Of a stretch of DNA of 64,000 nucleotides, positions 12,735-25,668 are shown in pieces (the stretch's first letter is position 1; each line of letters starts with the position of its first letter). The notes below the pieces were generated by a model that saw nothing but the letters and a program-made list of their open reading frames with translations, was not told where the DNA came from and ran no database searches. The stretch is from the NCBI GenBank assembly GCA_028534125.1, contig CM052817.1, forward strand, positions 79,734,001 through 79,798,000, in the 5' to 3' direction. This stretch comes from Lama glama (taxonomy: Eukaryota). Made by a program: the position numbers and the translations under genes.

Positions 12735-15700
12735 TTATTTTGAAATAATATAGGCTCATAAGAAGTTGCAGAAATAGTACAGAGAAGTCCTTTGTACCCA
12801 TCACCCACCTTCCTTCAATGGTACATAATTATAAAACATAATCAAAACCAGGAAATTGACATAGGCACAATACAATTAACCAGACCAAAGAACTTACTCA
12901 GATTTTACCAATTCTCGTATGTACTCCTTTTTTATGTGTACAGTTTATGGAATATTTTCATATGTATACATTAATAAAACTATCACCTGCATCATTTTGC
13001 ATTCCCGAAAGCAGTGTACGACAAAGGTTATCAGTTCCTCCACCTTAGGCTTTATAGTCAAACCTTCTCCAACATCTGGGAGTTTGTTCTCTCTGTATAT
13101 GATTGTATCGTTTTGAGAATGTTATATTGATGCAATTGTATAGTATAATATTTGGAAATAGGCTTTTTTCACTCATTACAATGACCTTGAGATAAATCCA
13201 AGTTGTTGCAGGTATCAATAGTTTGTTATTTTTTATTGCTGAATAATATTTCATTTTATATATTACCATAATGTATCCCTTCACCCATGAAGGTGAACCC
13301 ATTTGGGGTTTTTCCAGTTTTGACTATTACAAATAAAGCAGCAGTGAATGTCTATGCATTGTTTTTACTGTGGTAGGATATACATTACAAAATTTACTTT
13401 TAACCATTTTTAGGTGTACAATTCAGTAGTAGTAAGTACATTCACAATGTTTTGCAACCATCACTACTATCCATTTCCAGAACTTTTGTATCATTCCAAA
13501 CGGAAACTCTGTACCCATTAAACAATAACTCCCCACTCCTTCTTTCCCCCAGCCCCTAGGTAAGCATGAATCTATTTTCTGTCTATGAATTTGCCTATTC
13601 TAGATACCTCATGTAAGTGGAATCGTAAATATTTGTACTATTGTGTCTGGTTTATTTCACTTAGCATAGTGTTTTCAAAGTTTGTTAATGATGTAGCATG
13701 TATTGAAATTTCCTTTTTGGGCTGCATTGTTTTCCATTTGTATGGGTATGCTGCATTTTTTGTTTATCCATTCATCTGTTAATGGACACTTGGCTTATTT
13801 TTTCCTTTGGGCCATTGTAATTCATGTTGCTGTGAATATGAGTATGCAAGTATGTTGAGTCCTGCTTTCAATTCTTTTGGACACATACCTTGAAGTGGAA
13901 TTGTTAGATCATATGGTAATTATTTAATTTTTCAAGGAACTACCACTGTTTTCCACTGTGGCTGCATCATTTTGCATTCCCGAAAGCAGTGTACAATAAA
14001 GGTTATCAGTTTCTCCATATTCTGTCAACACTTGTTATTTTCCATTTTTCTGGACATAATGCTCAAGGATTTCTTATGTAACCTTATATATATTGGTCTT
14101 TTTTCTTTTCCACTGCTCTGTCCTTATGTCAATACCATGCTTAGTTATTATGTAGCTTTTTAATAAGTATTGATATTTGGTAACGTGTCCTCCAGCTTTG
14201 TTTTTCTTCAAGAATGTCTTGGCTATTTTAGATTCTTTGTATTTCCATATAAATTTAAGCTTAACCTTTAGGTTTCATACTGCCCCTCCACCACAAACAC
14301 ACATTTAAAATCTATTGAAATTTTAAATTGCATTAACTCTATAGGTAAATTTAGGAAGAACCAACATCTTATATTGAGTCTTACAATTCACAAACATGGT
14401 AGATCCTTTCTTTTATGTAGGTCTTAATTTCTCTTAGTAATGTTTCTTTCAAGATAGAAGTATATATTTCATGACGTCTATTCCCAGTTATTTGATGTTA
14501 TTTGGTGCTGTTGCAAATGGTACTGGTTTTAAATATTCTCTCTTTGATTCTGGCATATAAAAATACGGTAGATATTTGTATATTAATCTTGTTACTAGTA
14601 ATCTTACCATGGTCATCCATTAATTCTAATAGTTTATGGTTGCAGATTCTTTTGGACATTCTATTTGTACAGAGTCACATCTGTGAAAAATGATAATTTT
14701 AATTATTCCTTTCTAGTCTTTTACTGCTTTTCCTTTGTTACACTTTTAGAGTCTCTACTACACGATTGAATAGAAATTGTGGTGGACATCCTTGTCTTGG
14801 TCCTAAACTCAGGAAAGTGTTCCATATTTCATAATTAACTTATTGGCTATGGTTTTGTGACAGATATACTCAGTTTAAGGAAATTCTCTTAGTTTTCTGA
14901 GCACTACTTTTTTTAATTTTCTCAACTGATTTTTGTACACCACTTGAGTTGATTCATGTAGTCTATGTAAATTTCTTTTTTTCTTTGTATGTGGTGAATT
15001 AAATTTTTTAAAAATCATCAAACCAATTTTATATTCTTGGAATAAATCCAATTTGGTTACATATATTACCTTTTATATATAATACTATTTTTATTTGCTA
15101 ATGTTTTGTTAAAGGTTTTGCATTTGTGTTTATCAGAATTCCTGGCCTATATTTAATCTTTCTTATAATGTTAGTTTGGTATCAAGGTTAGGCTAGTCTA
15201 ATAGAGTGATTTTTTTAAGTGTTCCTTCTTTTTCTATTCTTTTGGATTGTTTGTGTTAAGATGGCTAGTATTTTTTTTTTAATATTTAGAAGAATATAAC
15301 AGAAAGGACATTTAGGCCTGGAATTTCCTTTATGAGAATGTTTTAAATTACCAATTCAATTTCTATTATTTTTGACCATTATTTCTTCAAAAATGTTTTC
15401 TCTCCTTTTTCTGGTATTTCTATTTACCTATATGTTAAACCACTTGATAGTATCCATTGAGTTTACTTTTTTCTCTTTGTTCTTTAGTTTCATAGTTTCT
15501 CTAAAATAGTATGTTTAAGTTGGTTGATCTTTTCTTCTTCAGTGGCTAATCTCTTGTTAAGCCTATGGTATGATTCTTAAATTTCATATATTTTTCAGTT
15601 GTAGAATTTCTGTTCTAGGACTTTGGTTCATTTTTATAGTTTTAATAGTTTCCATTTTTATAGTTTCCATTTCTCTGTTAGATTCTCTACTGGTCCCTTG

Positions 15701-17900
15701 TGTTCAGTTTGTCTTTTAAATCTTGAACATATTTATAATAGTGAATTCCATCACTCCTGTCATTCTTTTTTCTGTTTCTATTGAGCTGTTTTTCTAGTGG
15801 TTATAGGTCACATTTTACTCCTTTTTCACATGCTTGGTCAGTCTTGGTCTATGCTGGACATTATTGATGCTTTGTTGCATTTCTAGGTATCGTTGGCTTA
15901 TTTTAAACAATGTTGAATTTTGTTCTGAAATAGAATTAATTTACTTGTGGATCATCTTGAGTCTTTCAAGACTTGGTTTTAAGCTTTATTAAGGCAAGGT
16001 TATTAGAGTAGCCTTTACATTAGGCTAGATTAGTCCAACTTCTAAAACACTTTCTACGGCTTCTACCAAATTCCTAAGTTGTTCAACAAGGTTTCCTTTG
16101 TTCCTATAGTTTCACTTTATTCCTTTTTTAGGTTTATTTTTAATATTATGTTTTCTCCTTTATTATTTCTAGTTGTACTATTTTTTAAGAGATTACCCTA
16201 TATTATAATATTAAATTTGATTTACTACAGTCTATTTAAACTTTATTCTTTGAGCACTTCTCAAACAATACAAGTTTTAATGTAACATTTTAATGCTATT
16301 TATTATCTTTTGCCCTTAATTCTTTAGTTGTCAAATATTTTACTTTTGCATATGTTAAAATGCCACAAGACATAGTCATCCTAATTACCCACTATTTCCC
16401 CAGTGTGGTACTACTTCTTTTTTGCAGTTCTGTGCTTTCATCAGGGATTTTCCTTTTGAACCTAAACTTACTCATTTAGCAGTACTTGTAGTTCAGGTCT
16501 TTTTTTAACTAGTTTTCTCAGCATTTTGTCTGAAATGTCTGTTTCATCTAAATTTCCAAGGAATTCTGGATGCAGAATTCTACATTATTATGTATTTTGT
16601 TTGTTTTATCTCTTATATGCCATTCCATTGTTTTTCAGCGTCCATAAATGTTGGTGAAAAATTAGCAAACAGTTTTATTATTGCTTTGCTGAAGGCATTG
16701 CCTTCCCCCTGCTACCCCTGCCCTGCCCCACTGGCTGCTTTTTATCTTTGCTTTTCAGCAGTTTTGACTGTGATTTCCCTAGGTGTGGATTTGAGGGGTT
16801 TGTGTGGGTATTTGTTACTGTTGTTGTTTTGTATTTATCCTGAGCATCTTTAATCTGTAGGTAAATGTCTTAATTGTTTATGAAATTATTAGCCATTATA
16901 TCTTCAGATATAGCTTCTTTCTCTTTTTTTCCTTGTCTTTTTTGATTCTAATTACCTGTATGTTAGATCTTTTTACTGTATTCTATTTGTTTCTTAAAAT
17001 CTTTTGTTTGTATCTCCCCCCCCCACCCCCCTAGTCTTTAGTTTTGTTATTTTTTATTGGTCTGTCTTTGAGTCAGTATTCCAGTCTTCTGCTATTTCTA
17101 TTATGCTATTAAACACATCTAGTGATTTCTTAATTTCAGATACTGTATTTCTTAGTTCTAGAATGTTCAGTAGATTCCAGCTTTCTGCAAAAATACATGT
17201 ATTTGTCCATATTTTAGAACTGATGCCCTATTTTCTTGAACATATTAATCAGTTATTTTAATATCTGTGACTTATAATTATATCTGAATTCTTTACAGAA
17301 GATTTTTATTGGCTTTTGCCTTGTAATTTTGAGTGTGTGTGTGTTAGTCATAATTTTTTGACTTATGCCATATGTGAATAAAATATTATAGAGGCTCTAG
17401 ATTTGGATTTGATGATGTTATCTTTAAACTAGATTGTGTTTTCCTGAGGAGGCAAGTAGGATCTGGCAGATACCTTTCATCCTGTAGAATCTTGGTTTTA
17501 GGCTTTGTTAGAACTGTTCTGTTTCAGATTTGTCCTTATTCTAAGGCCAATTTACTTAGAGTCTTGGCCTTTCTTTTTTCTCATCTTAAATCCTGATGTA
17601 TTTAATAGACCCTTCCCCAATGGCAGAGCTTATACTCCAATATGTGTCTCCTCACCACCACACAGCTCATTTGCCTCATTTCTGCTTTTTTCTGCCATTT
17701 CTTTTGGTGATTGGAAGGCATCTTAACTTATGCATGTGCAGGTGATGGATCAGCCTTTGAGGGGAGTTTGCATGTAGATATATGGATGGGATCCTTCTCC
17801 ACAATTCCCTCTGTTTTGCTTCTCAAATCCCATCCACTTTGACAACCCTGAACTCCTACCTTTATTTCCTCATAGGTCTGCCACTTGAGTTCCATTTTCC
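12735..17900 (-). mobile_element. Cluster of old L1 fragments (L1MC/L1MB-like 3'UTRs, ORF2 and ORF1-region pieces)
   Basis: ttttattttgaaataatataggctcataagaagttgcag start; L1MB-type 3'UTR ~13360-14050; ORF2 antisense motifs ~14150-15360. Confidence 0.8.
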
Positions 17901-18019
17901 TGTGCTATAATTTGGAAAATGCCCTCAGTAAAAAAGCCAGGATGTCAGTTGTGCCCATTCTTTCCCTTGAGGAATGTAACCTGTGAGACCTGTCTGCATT
18001 GGTCCCTCTCCTCACACAG

Positions 18020-20330
18020 AGGAACTGTTACCACTCATAGGGTTGAAGGGAGGAGATTACTAGAAACTTGAAGGTCAGGATCATAAAGAAAGGGGCTACT
18101 TTGAGAGGAGTATGACCTTTGGTCAAGTGATGCAGCATTCTGTGGCCAGATACTTCATCCAGCTCTTACCAGGAATTTGACCAAACTGGAAGGCAGGAGG
18201 CACATTAATGTTGTTCATTCATATAAGTCAGCTTAACAGGGTGGAAAAGGATGTCAGGTTGTCAAGGGGAAAATAAAAGATATCTAGCACAGTTCACCTC
18301 TTTGTTCCTTAACATGTCCTCTCTTTCTTCATTTGGGAGAAAAGTTTGTATCCCAAGCAAGGAATTTTGGTATCATTGTGAGGTAATGTCAGTTCAGCAG
18401 TAGTTTCCTGAAACTTAAAACATTAGGCACACCACCAGTATTTTTCACATAAAGTAAGACTGTGTGAAGTCCCATTTGACATAGTGGGAGCAAGAATATA
18501 TATAACTACTTGGGTCTGTTCAATTGGCAAGGAAGTTGGTAGTCATGAAAGTTCATAGTCATGAAAGTTGGTGATCATAACTGCCTTATTTCAGTATTCA
18601 TTGCACATTCCACTTTATCATTTGCCCTTACTTTGGCTGGGTGGAATTCTTTGCCTGGTGGCAGACTCCTGATCTCAATTTTGTGGTATCTGAGTTTTTG
18701 GGATTCTAAACACTTTGAGAATTGATGCAGTTTTCCATTGATCAATACAAGTGGAGAGAGCTAAGAGATGTCCTGCTGAATTTCCCAGGTTCCAAATACA
18801 GTGTTACCAATTGTGCAGCAGTTGCCTCTGTTCTATAGCAGGATCGCAGTTTCCCTTTGTCATCAAAATCAGTTAACTCTGCCACTACAATAGTCTTTTA
18901 TATACCTGTTGGTTCAGCTGCATGAAAAGCCCCCAGATGCCCAAAAGGTGTCTCAGCTTCCATTTAATCAGTTTTCTGGTAGAAGTCAATGTTCCTGGTA
19001 GAAACATGCCTCATTGAGCATTAGGACCTTAAAATTGACCAAGCTAATGTTTCATTGGTAGGAGGTTAAAATTTTTTTCAAGTGAGTCATTTAGTATAAT
19101 AATAATAAGATGGAATGCTTTTGTTTATACTTCTTGATTCCCAGACCTGTGCACTCTGGCTATGGGGAAGACTGTACCATATATTGGCTGCTGGTTTAGC
19201 ACAGCGATGTTGAGATCTTAACTCCCATGTAAGGCATGGAGGCTGTAAAAGATAATAGAGGTGTGTTCTGAGGAAAAATATCCTCAGTTTGTGAGTCATT
19301 GGAAGGTTTTTGAGTAAAGGTGTGATTTTTCCTCAGAAGGGATACTGTTAAAGAAAAGAAGTTGTCTGTCAACAGGAAAGACAGATGTTCAAGGTTCTCA
19401 GCCTCTATGTCTGGCAGAATATCCACATCCCATATCGCAGAGCCCCACTCCTTCCCCACCCTTAGTATGAGAGACCTGGAATGCTAAAGCTTTTAATTGG
19501 TACTACATCTTTGCAGACTTACATCAGACTCTTGGATTTTTCCTTTGCCATATATGTTCTATGACTACAAGAGATAAGGAACTGCTTCAGAACTACCAAT
19601 GAAGACTTCTGGTTGCCCATGCATGTTTTTAATTGTATATTTATAACTTTAATTCTTTCCCTTCATTCTCTATCTTGGGCCATCAAAAGAATACAGATGA
19701 TTATCACAATTTTTATAACTACTATTGCTGAAGCAATTAAATGTCACAGTCATTTCATAACATTTTGCTCTACATCTGCACCTTATCCTATGCTGCCATT
19801 GATGATAACTTGAATAATCAGGATGCTACTACATCCTATAGATTTTTCATAGTCCTAATTTTGCTGTGCTCCTTGAATATATGAAAAACCTGGTCCCAGA
19901 AATCTGTTTTGAGGATCTATTTCTTAGGTACAATTACTGTGTCTGAGTCAAAACAGATGGCATACTCAGACTAATTTAAGGAGAATCTAATAAAGAGACA
20001 ATTTACAAAGCTATGGTCAGGGTACAGGAAAACTGCAAGAGACAGTTCAGTACCCCAGAGCTGGTAATAGTACAGGTGTTACCATCTTTAAAGGGTGGAG
20101 TGGAAAGAAAGGTTAGCAGAACCCAGAAGGAAAAAGTCTCAAGAGAGCCACCTTGAGAGAAACTGGGTTCTTTGGTCAAGAGGCACAGCCATCCAGTGGC
20201 TACTCCATAGAGAGAAAGGAATCTCTTCTGTCCCTCAGACCTCCTACCGGAGTCACCCAGTGGCAGGACCCAATGGAAAGCCAGAGGGTAGGGGAAAGCT
20301 TTGGTATAGGTTATACAAGTGTGTGTCCTG
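18020..20330 (-). mobile_element. Internally deleted ERVL-class provirus relic: partial LTR ~18020-18290, internal ~18291-19937, LTR ~19938-20330
   Basis: LTR end gatatctagcaca followed by PPT-like gttcacctc; ORF 19196-19459 begins GKEWGSAIWDVDI, resembling the ERVL gag GKEWDPxxWxGD motif; aaacagatggcatactcaga LTR motif near 19951. Confidence 0.7.
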
Positions 20331-20673
20331 AAGGCAGAGAGCAAGGTATAAGATTTTGAAGAATGGAGGAGAAACACACCAATTATATGAAGGTGATTTC
20401 AAGAGTGTTTTTGTGCTGGCATCTTGTTTAAGGCATGACCTGGAGAAGGAAACCAGTATAATTTGATGGGATTTTCTCAGACTAGAATTAAGAATCTAAT
20501 CAATTCATGAAAGGAGAAAAAAGCAAGAGCTTTGAGAAGCCCATTTCCCCAATGGGGAAGGGGTACTTTTTTAAGCATCTTAACCATCTTGTGAAAAGTT
20601 TACATGAGTATTTCAGAAATATTTTAGTGCTTACTCTGTGCTATTCGCAGAATAACAAATATCTGGGCTTATT

Positions 20674-20952
20674 TTTATTCATCAGCTTTATTAAATAATT
20701 TTATTAACTGACCTACATAGACATGATATTTAACAGTTCAATATAAAAATAAATACTTTAGGATAAATAATTTAAATGAATTTTTAGAGCCCCTAGGGCT
20801 TACAAAAAGAATCTTAAAAGATCCATATTTATCATCTGAGGAGTAAGAATAATAGTTACAAAGATAGAAAACCATACATCAAAAAATAAATATAAATTTT
20901 AAATACTCAAATAAATAGCCTGATAACATTTGAAATGGGAAGCACTTAATCA
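20674..20952 (-). promoter_or_regulatory. IL2: IL2 3'UTR with AU-rich elements and poly(A) signals
   Basis: ATTTA pentamers (minus strand) at 20887, 20893, 20900, 20912 and 20750, 20764, 20773; three AATAAA at 20700-20705, 20687-20692, 20674-20679. Confidence 0.9.
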
Positions 20953-21063
20953 TCAAGTCAGTGTTGAGTAGATACTTTGACAAAAGGTAATCCATTTGTT
21001 CAGAAATTCTACAACAGTTACTGTCTCATCATCATATTCACATGTGAATCCTGTTTCAGATCC
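20953..21063 (-). CDS. IL2: IL2 exon 4 coding part (111 bp including TGA)
   Basis: Acceptor ...tcttttttacAG; encodes [10 protein letters not shown]...[13 protein letters not shown]; tandem TGA TGA stop. Confidence 0.99.
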   Translation of the reverse strand, partial: GSETGFTCEYDDETVTVVEFLNKWITFCQSIYSTLT

Positions 21064-24000
21064 CTGTAAAAAAGAAAACATTTGAAATTTTGTTTTAGTT
21101 CAGGGCAGTTTACCTTATATATAATTATTCTCAATAGTGTACAATTCAAAAAAACAGTCTTAGACAAATACTTCATTAAATGCTGCTAGTAAAATTAAAG
21201 TTGCTAAACCTCTTTTTCTCTGGGAATATATCTGATTTATGTCTATATATAGTTACATGTATGTAATGATAAGCTCATTATACTTTATTCATTATTAACT
21301 TTTTAAGTCTCCTATGTTTCTGCTTGAGTGAACCTCATATTTTCCCCAAAGCAAAATAGAAACAACCAGAGTAAGTTAGGATAAGCTTTTGTTTGGGAGG
21401 AAATTTGTATGCAAAACATTTTCGTAAATACTCATCCCCACTCCCACCCCACTTCAGTATCAATGCAGTTAAGTTTCCCAACTTTTAAAGATCTAAACAC
21501 TAGAAATTCTGTAGACTGGCTTTTTAGAAATTCACCTCCTCTGCTGATAGGGACTATTTCAACTCTGCCTCTAGTTGACAAGCTAAGAAGAAAATATTTT
21601 GATATATAGCAAGATAAAAAGAGAGGAAATTTTCACATTTGAAGTAATTCCTATCCAGAAAACATAAACTAAGTGAGATAAAGTATTCCCTTTAAATAAA
21701 CTACTGCAGTGTTTTATACACTTTTACATATAATCATTTAAATACCATAATCTCTTGAGGGGTTAGATTATTTTTTTTTAAGTATCTGGCTTCTGAAACA
21801 CTTTCTGATTTTTATGTAATTTTTTCCTAATTTTGCATCTAGAATGTAGAATGAGTTTTTCTGATGTTGGTCAAGAATTTTAGAGCATGGATGATAAATT
21901 GAGTCTTTCAATGACAAGATGACTTTGATCTCAATGTATTTTTTAAATTAAATGGAAAGCAACGGTCTATTAATAAAGAGACTTATTTGGAAGCAGTTAT
22001 ATACTTTTAGAAACTTGGTTCTACTGTAATTAAAATTATGCTGTTTATTTAGGATCCCTATTAATTCATGAACTTTGTACTTTGGCAGATGGATGAGAAA
22101 AGAGAGCCATGAATCTCTTACATCACCTGGGTTCCTTGTATATTTCATGCTTCCTATGCATTTAAAAATACTTAAGGTCCTGAAAGTGAGTATTACCTCT
22201 AAATAAAAAGTTAATTATCTGGTCCATTGGCCATTTTACTGGTTGCCTTTTTTTTTTTTTTAAGACAACTCTCTTAGTTCTACCAAATGATAAGAAAAAC
22301 CCATTTGAAAAGCCTTTCAGGTAATCAGAATTAGCTATTCTGGAAAATGAGCTGAAGGAATTAAAAAATATGTAATGAAACCTGTTTGCTTTCTGTGAAA
22401 TTCAATTCAGTGTTTTATCCCACTCCCAGTTTTGTGTTAATGTGAGGGGTGACAGACTGAGGGATGGGGGCTTGTTCCTGAGTAGATGGTAGGTGGAAAC
22501 CCTCTAGCTTACACTTTTTAAGCTCCACAATTTATCATCTAACATAAAAGTGACTTATGTTCACAGTGGACTTAAAATGCATGAGTACTTCACAATACCA
22601 AAAATGTTATACCACTTTAAAATGCCCTTCCATTTATGTTATTTTCAGGAGAGCAAATAATGTCTTACCTTCAGTTCCGAAACCGTTAAATTGATATTGT
22701 TCATTGAGTCCTTGATATTTGTCAGGTGAGAGTTTTTGCTTTGAGCTAAATTTAGCACTTCCTCCAAAGGTTTGAGTTCTTCCATGAGACACTGAAGGTG
22801 TTTCAATTCTGTAGCCTTGAATAATAATAAAAATAATTATCAGGTCAGTCTGCCCTGACAAAATGTCAGAATCAGAAATTAATCTCAAATTTATTTTATT
22901 GATAGTGGCAGTATATAGTTTTTACCATTGTTCCTATTTTCAACATTACTATAAAGATGGACCAATGTGGTTTACATTATAAGACTGAAAAACTAGAGAT
23001 CAGCTGCCCATGGTTAGCATTAACTATTAGTTAACAAATAATGAGTCATTAATTTCAGCTTAATTTGACTTTGCAAAAAGTCAGCATTTCTGCACCCAAT
23101 TGCAAATCACCAGTGTAGGTTGAATTCTTTTCCAGTCTGCATAGAAATTATTAGAACCAGAGTAGTCATAATGTAGAAGTATAGGATCACATTCTATGAT
23201 TCTAATATTTAATAATCTAAGAGTTGAGAATCATAGACTGTTTAGGGACAGAGGGAGCTCTTGGATGCCATCTGTCACAATCCTGACATTTTATAAGTTA
23301 GGTAATTATAACTAGTTAGTAATGACTCAATATAGCAAATCACATATAACTGGATTTAAATTTTTTACTTTTCTATAATAAGTACAAGAAGGTACATTTT
23401 AAAAAATTATTTGCCAAATCAAATAAAAGCTTACAATATTTGTAGGATTTTTAGATGAACCTTCTGATTTAGTCATAAACACACACAAACATACACACTC
23501 ATATATGTAAAATACTAATATTTCATAGTTCGTGGTACATTTTAATGTCCTAAATAAGCCCATTTAAGTCTCAGAGCCACCTTTTGAGATAGGTAATCCA
23601 GTGTGTTATCTCCATTTTACAAATAAGGAAACTAAATCTCAGAATTTAAGTGTCTTCCCCAAGGCCACATGAGTAGGTGGAGCCAGGATTAAATTTCAGT
23701 TCTTTATAGTATTAACATCACAACCTTTGACTTAAATGTTTTTATAGCTCTTTAAATTATTTTGCAACCACGGAATGGTTGTAAAATGAACAAATGAATG
23801 GAGTTTATCACATTACTTTTGGTTTCAAATAGATTTTGCATTGTCATTTGGAAACTTAGATTTCAGAGAATTCCAACACCCTCTAAATTATGCACATATT
23901 CTCATGTTATCTTTCTAATAGTTTTTAGAGGGAGAGGTAGGACTACACCACATACATCTTATGACATTTCCATCTAATGCCCTTTCAACCTGCATTAGTA

Positions 24001-25414
24001 CTACAAGTTCTGCAAGTTCAGGGCTTAAGTTTTTGGCATGAACAACTTGGAGCTATTTCCCTCAAGAAACAGTGTAGTGTCTATGTTGCTGGAGGTAACA
24101 TGTGACTGATGAAGCTAGGGAGCATCTCTTAAGTTACTTCCTTTTCATCTTTCAGAAGAGCCGTTTGAAGCATAATTTCCTTAAATTTATGAGAGGTGGA
24201 TCAGTGAGATTGCATCTATGATCCTTAAATCCCACTTTTTTCTGGACCATTCACCCTAGGACAAGCTCTTTCTAGCACCAAAGTTTTGCCCATTATTTAC
24301 TGACTGGCATGACTACTAGGAAACTTTACACTCCAAGTGTAGCTCTAGGAGCTTGGATGATGCTTATCTAACTATCTGAATCCCCAGATGACCAAATGAA
24401 GCTTTTAGTCTTGGAAAATAAGCCACATAGCATCAGAAGTCTTTAGGTCTATTGACAGAAAAGATGTCTAAGTCCAAACTGTAATTTATACTCTCCAGGA
24501 GGAATTTTGTCTTTACTATTACTAATAGCTAATGCTTATATGGTATTTACCATATGCCAAATGCTGTTCTGAGTACTTTACATGTACTCATTAAACCTCA
24601 TCAGAACTGCATGAAGTATATATAGTTATCATTTACATAAGTAGATAAGAAACTGAGTCACAAAAAGAATAGGTAACTTGCCCAAGATCACAAAAGCTAG
24701 GATATGGCAGAGGTGAGATTTCAGTTCAAATAATCTGGCCCTATAATCTGTGCTATTGATTACTGCTATGCAACCTCTCAAAGATAAATCCTTAGGAATC
24801 TCCTAAAACAGTAAAGAATTCTTTTAAAGTGGGCTTCTGAAATCAATTTTGCTAATTTGGATGGTAAAGCAATATAATTGAATATCTCTTGAGTTTTACA
24901 TTTTTAAATAGTAGGTCAACACAATCTTTTTAAAAACTGTCCCACTCCCTCTACCCCAAAACACACACAAGTACATATTAAAAAATATTAGCAAAGCCAT
25001 TTTCAGAAGCCCCATTAGTAACTGGAGTTACTAATTCTTCTCCAGTCAATGTGCAGATTTTCATATTACTTTCAATTTTATTAAAATGTAAATTGAATGT
25101 TGAAAGTTGCACTTACCTTCTTGGGCATGTAAAATTTAAATGTGAGCATCCTGGAGAGTTTGAGGTTCTCATAGTTCTGAGAAAGCATAACAGATTGTTA
25201 TTAAAAAACAAACTCCAGTTAGAAAAATTAAAATTAATAATTTTAGTAAGAAAGGGAATAAACTTACATTAACTTCCTTCAAAAGAAACTGTAAATCCAG
25301 CAACAGTGGCTCCAGTTGTTTCTTTGTGTCCTTCGTAGAGCTCAAAGTAGGTGCACTGTTTGCTACGAGTGCAAGAGTTAGTGCAATGCAAGACAAGAGT
25401 TGCAGCTTGTACAT
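20953..25414 (-). CDS. IL2: Interleukin-2 precursor, 4 coding exons, join(25268..25414,25117..25176,22669..22815,20953..21063), 154 aa
   Basis: Spliced translation [158 protein letters not shown] introns all phase 0, 20-aa signal peptide, three mature Cys as in IL-2. Confidence 0.99.
22669..22815 (-). CDS. IL2: IL2 exon 3 (147 bp)
   Basis: Acceptor ...ttattcaAG; encodes ATELKHLQC...NLTVSELK; donor GTAAGA. Confidence 0.98.
24510..24770. mobile_element. MIR SINE in IL2 intron 2 (further MIR pieces ~23220-23350 and ~23580-23720)
   Basis: MIR core agataagaaactgagtcaca...ggtaacttgcccaagatcaca. Confidence 0.8.
25117..25176 (-). CDS. IL2: IL2 exon 2 (60 bp)
   Basis: Acceptor ...ttctcAG; encodes [20 protein letters not shown]; donor GTAAGT; intron 1 is 91 bp. 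Confidence 0.99.
25268..25414 (-). CDS. IL2: IL2 exon 1 coding part (147 bp, signal peptide and helix A)
   Basis: ATG at 25414 in GCCACAATG context; donor GTAAGT at 25267-25262. Confidence 0.99.
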
Positions 25415-25486
25415 TGTGGCAGCAGTTGAGGTTACTGTGAGTAGTGATTAGAGAGGCTGATAGGAAGCTCTTGAACAAGTGAAGTA

Positions 25487-25493
25487 ATTTATA
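25487..25493 (-). promoter_or_regulatory. IL2: IL2 TATA box (TSS about 25461)
   Basis: TATAAAT about 75 bp upstream of the ATG, followed by the conserved IL2 5'UTR (aatcactactcacagtaacctcaact). Confidence 0.95.
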
Positions 25494-25502
25494 CTGTTAA
25501 TT

Positions 25503-25560
25503 CTGGAAAAATATTATGGGGGTGTCAAAATGTTTTACATATTACACATATTTTCAAAGA
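25503..25560 (-). promoter_or_regulatory. IL2: Proximal NFAT (-45) site and ARRE-1 (proximal Oct with -90 NFAT/AP-1)
   Basis: TTTTCC at 25510-25505; ATGTAAAACA at 25540-25531; TTTGAAAATATGTGTAAT immediately upstream, matching the known IL2 promoter layout. Confidence 0.9.
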
Positions 25561-25593
25561 TTCTACCTGTGTGGCAAAAAGCATTACCTTTAT

Positions 25594-25627
25594 TTTTCCT
25601 CTTCTGATGACTCTTTGGAATTTCTTT
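25594..25627 (-). promoter_or_regulatory. IL2: CD28 response element / AP-1 / NFAT(-135) composite
   Basis: AAAGAAATTCC (25627-25617), AGAGTCA (25614-25608), GGAAAA (25599-25594). Confidence 0.95.
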
Positions 25628-25657
25628 AAACCCCCATAAACTGACTGAATGGATGTA

Positions 25658-25668
25658 GGTGAAATCCC
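25658..25668 (-). promoter_or_regulatory. IL2: IL2 NF-kB site
   Basis: GGGATTTCACC; AP-1-like TCAGTCA nearby at 25648-25642. Confidence 0.93.

Noticed and set aside
18541..18569. Short tandem duplications (agtcatgaaagtt x2; also ~57521-57553 and ~59389-59419)
   Set aside because: Ordinary two-copy slippage events, not an array
25169..25478. ORF-track entries 25169..25414 and 25269..25478
   Set aside because: The first is IL2 exon 1 reading through intron 1; the second is an alternate frame with a non-ATG start upstream of the TSS
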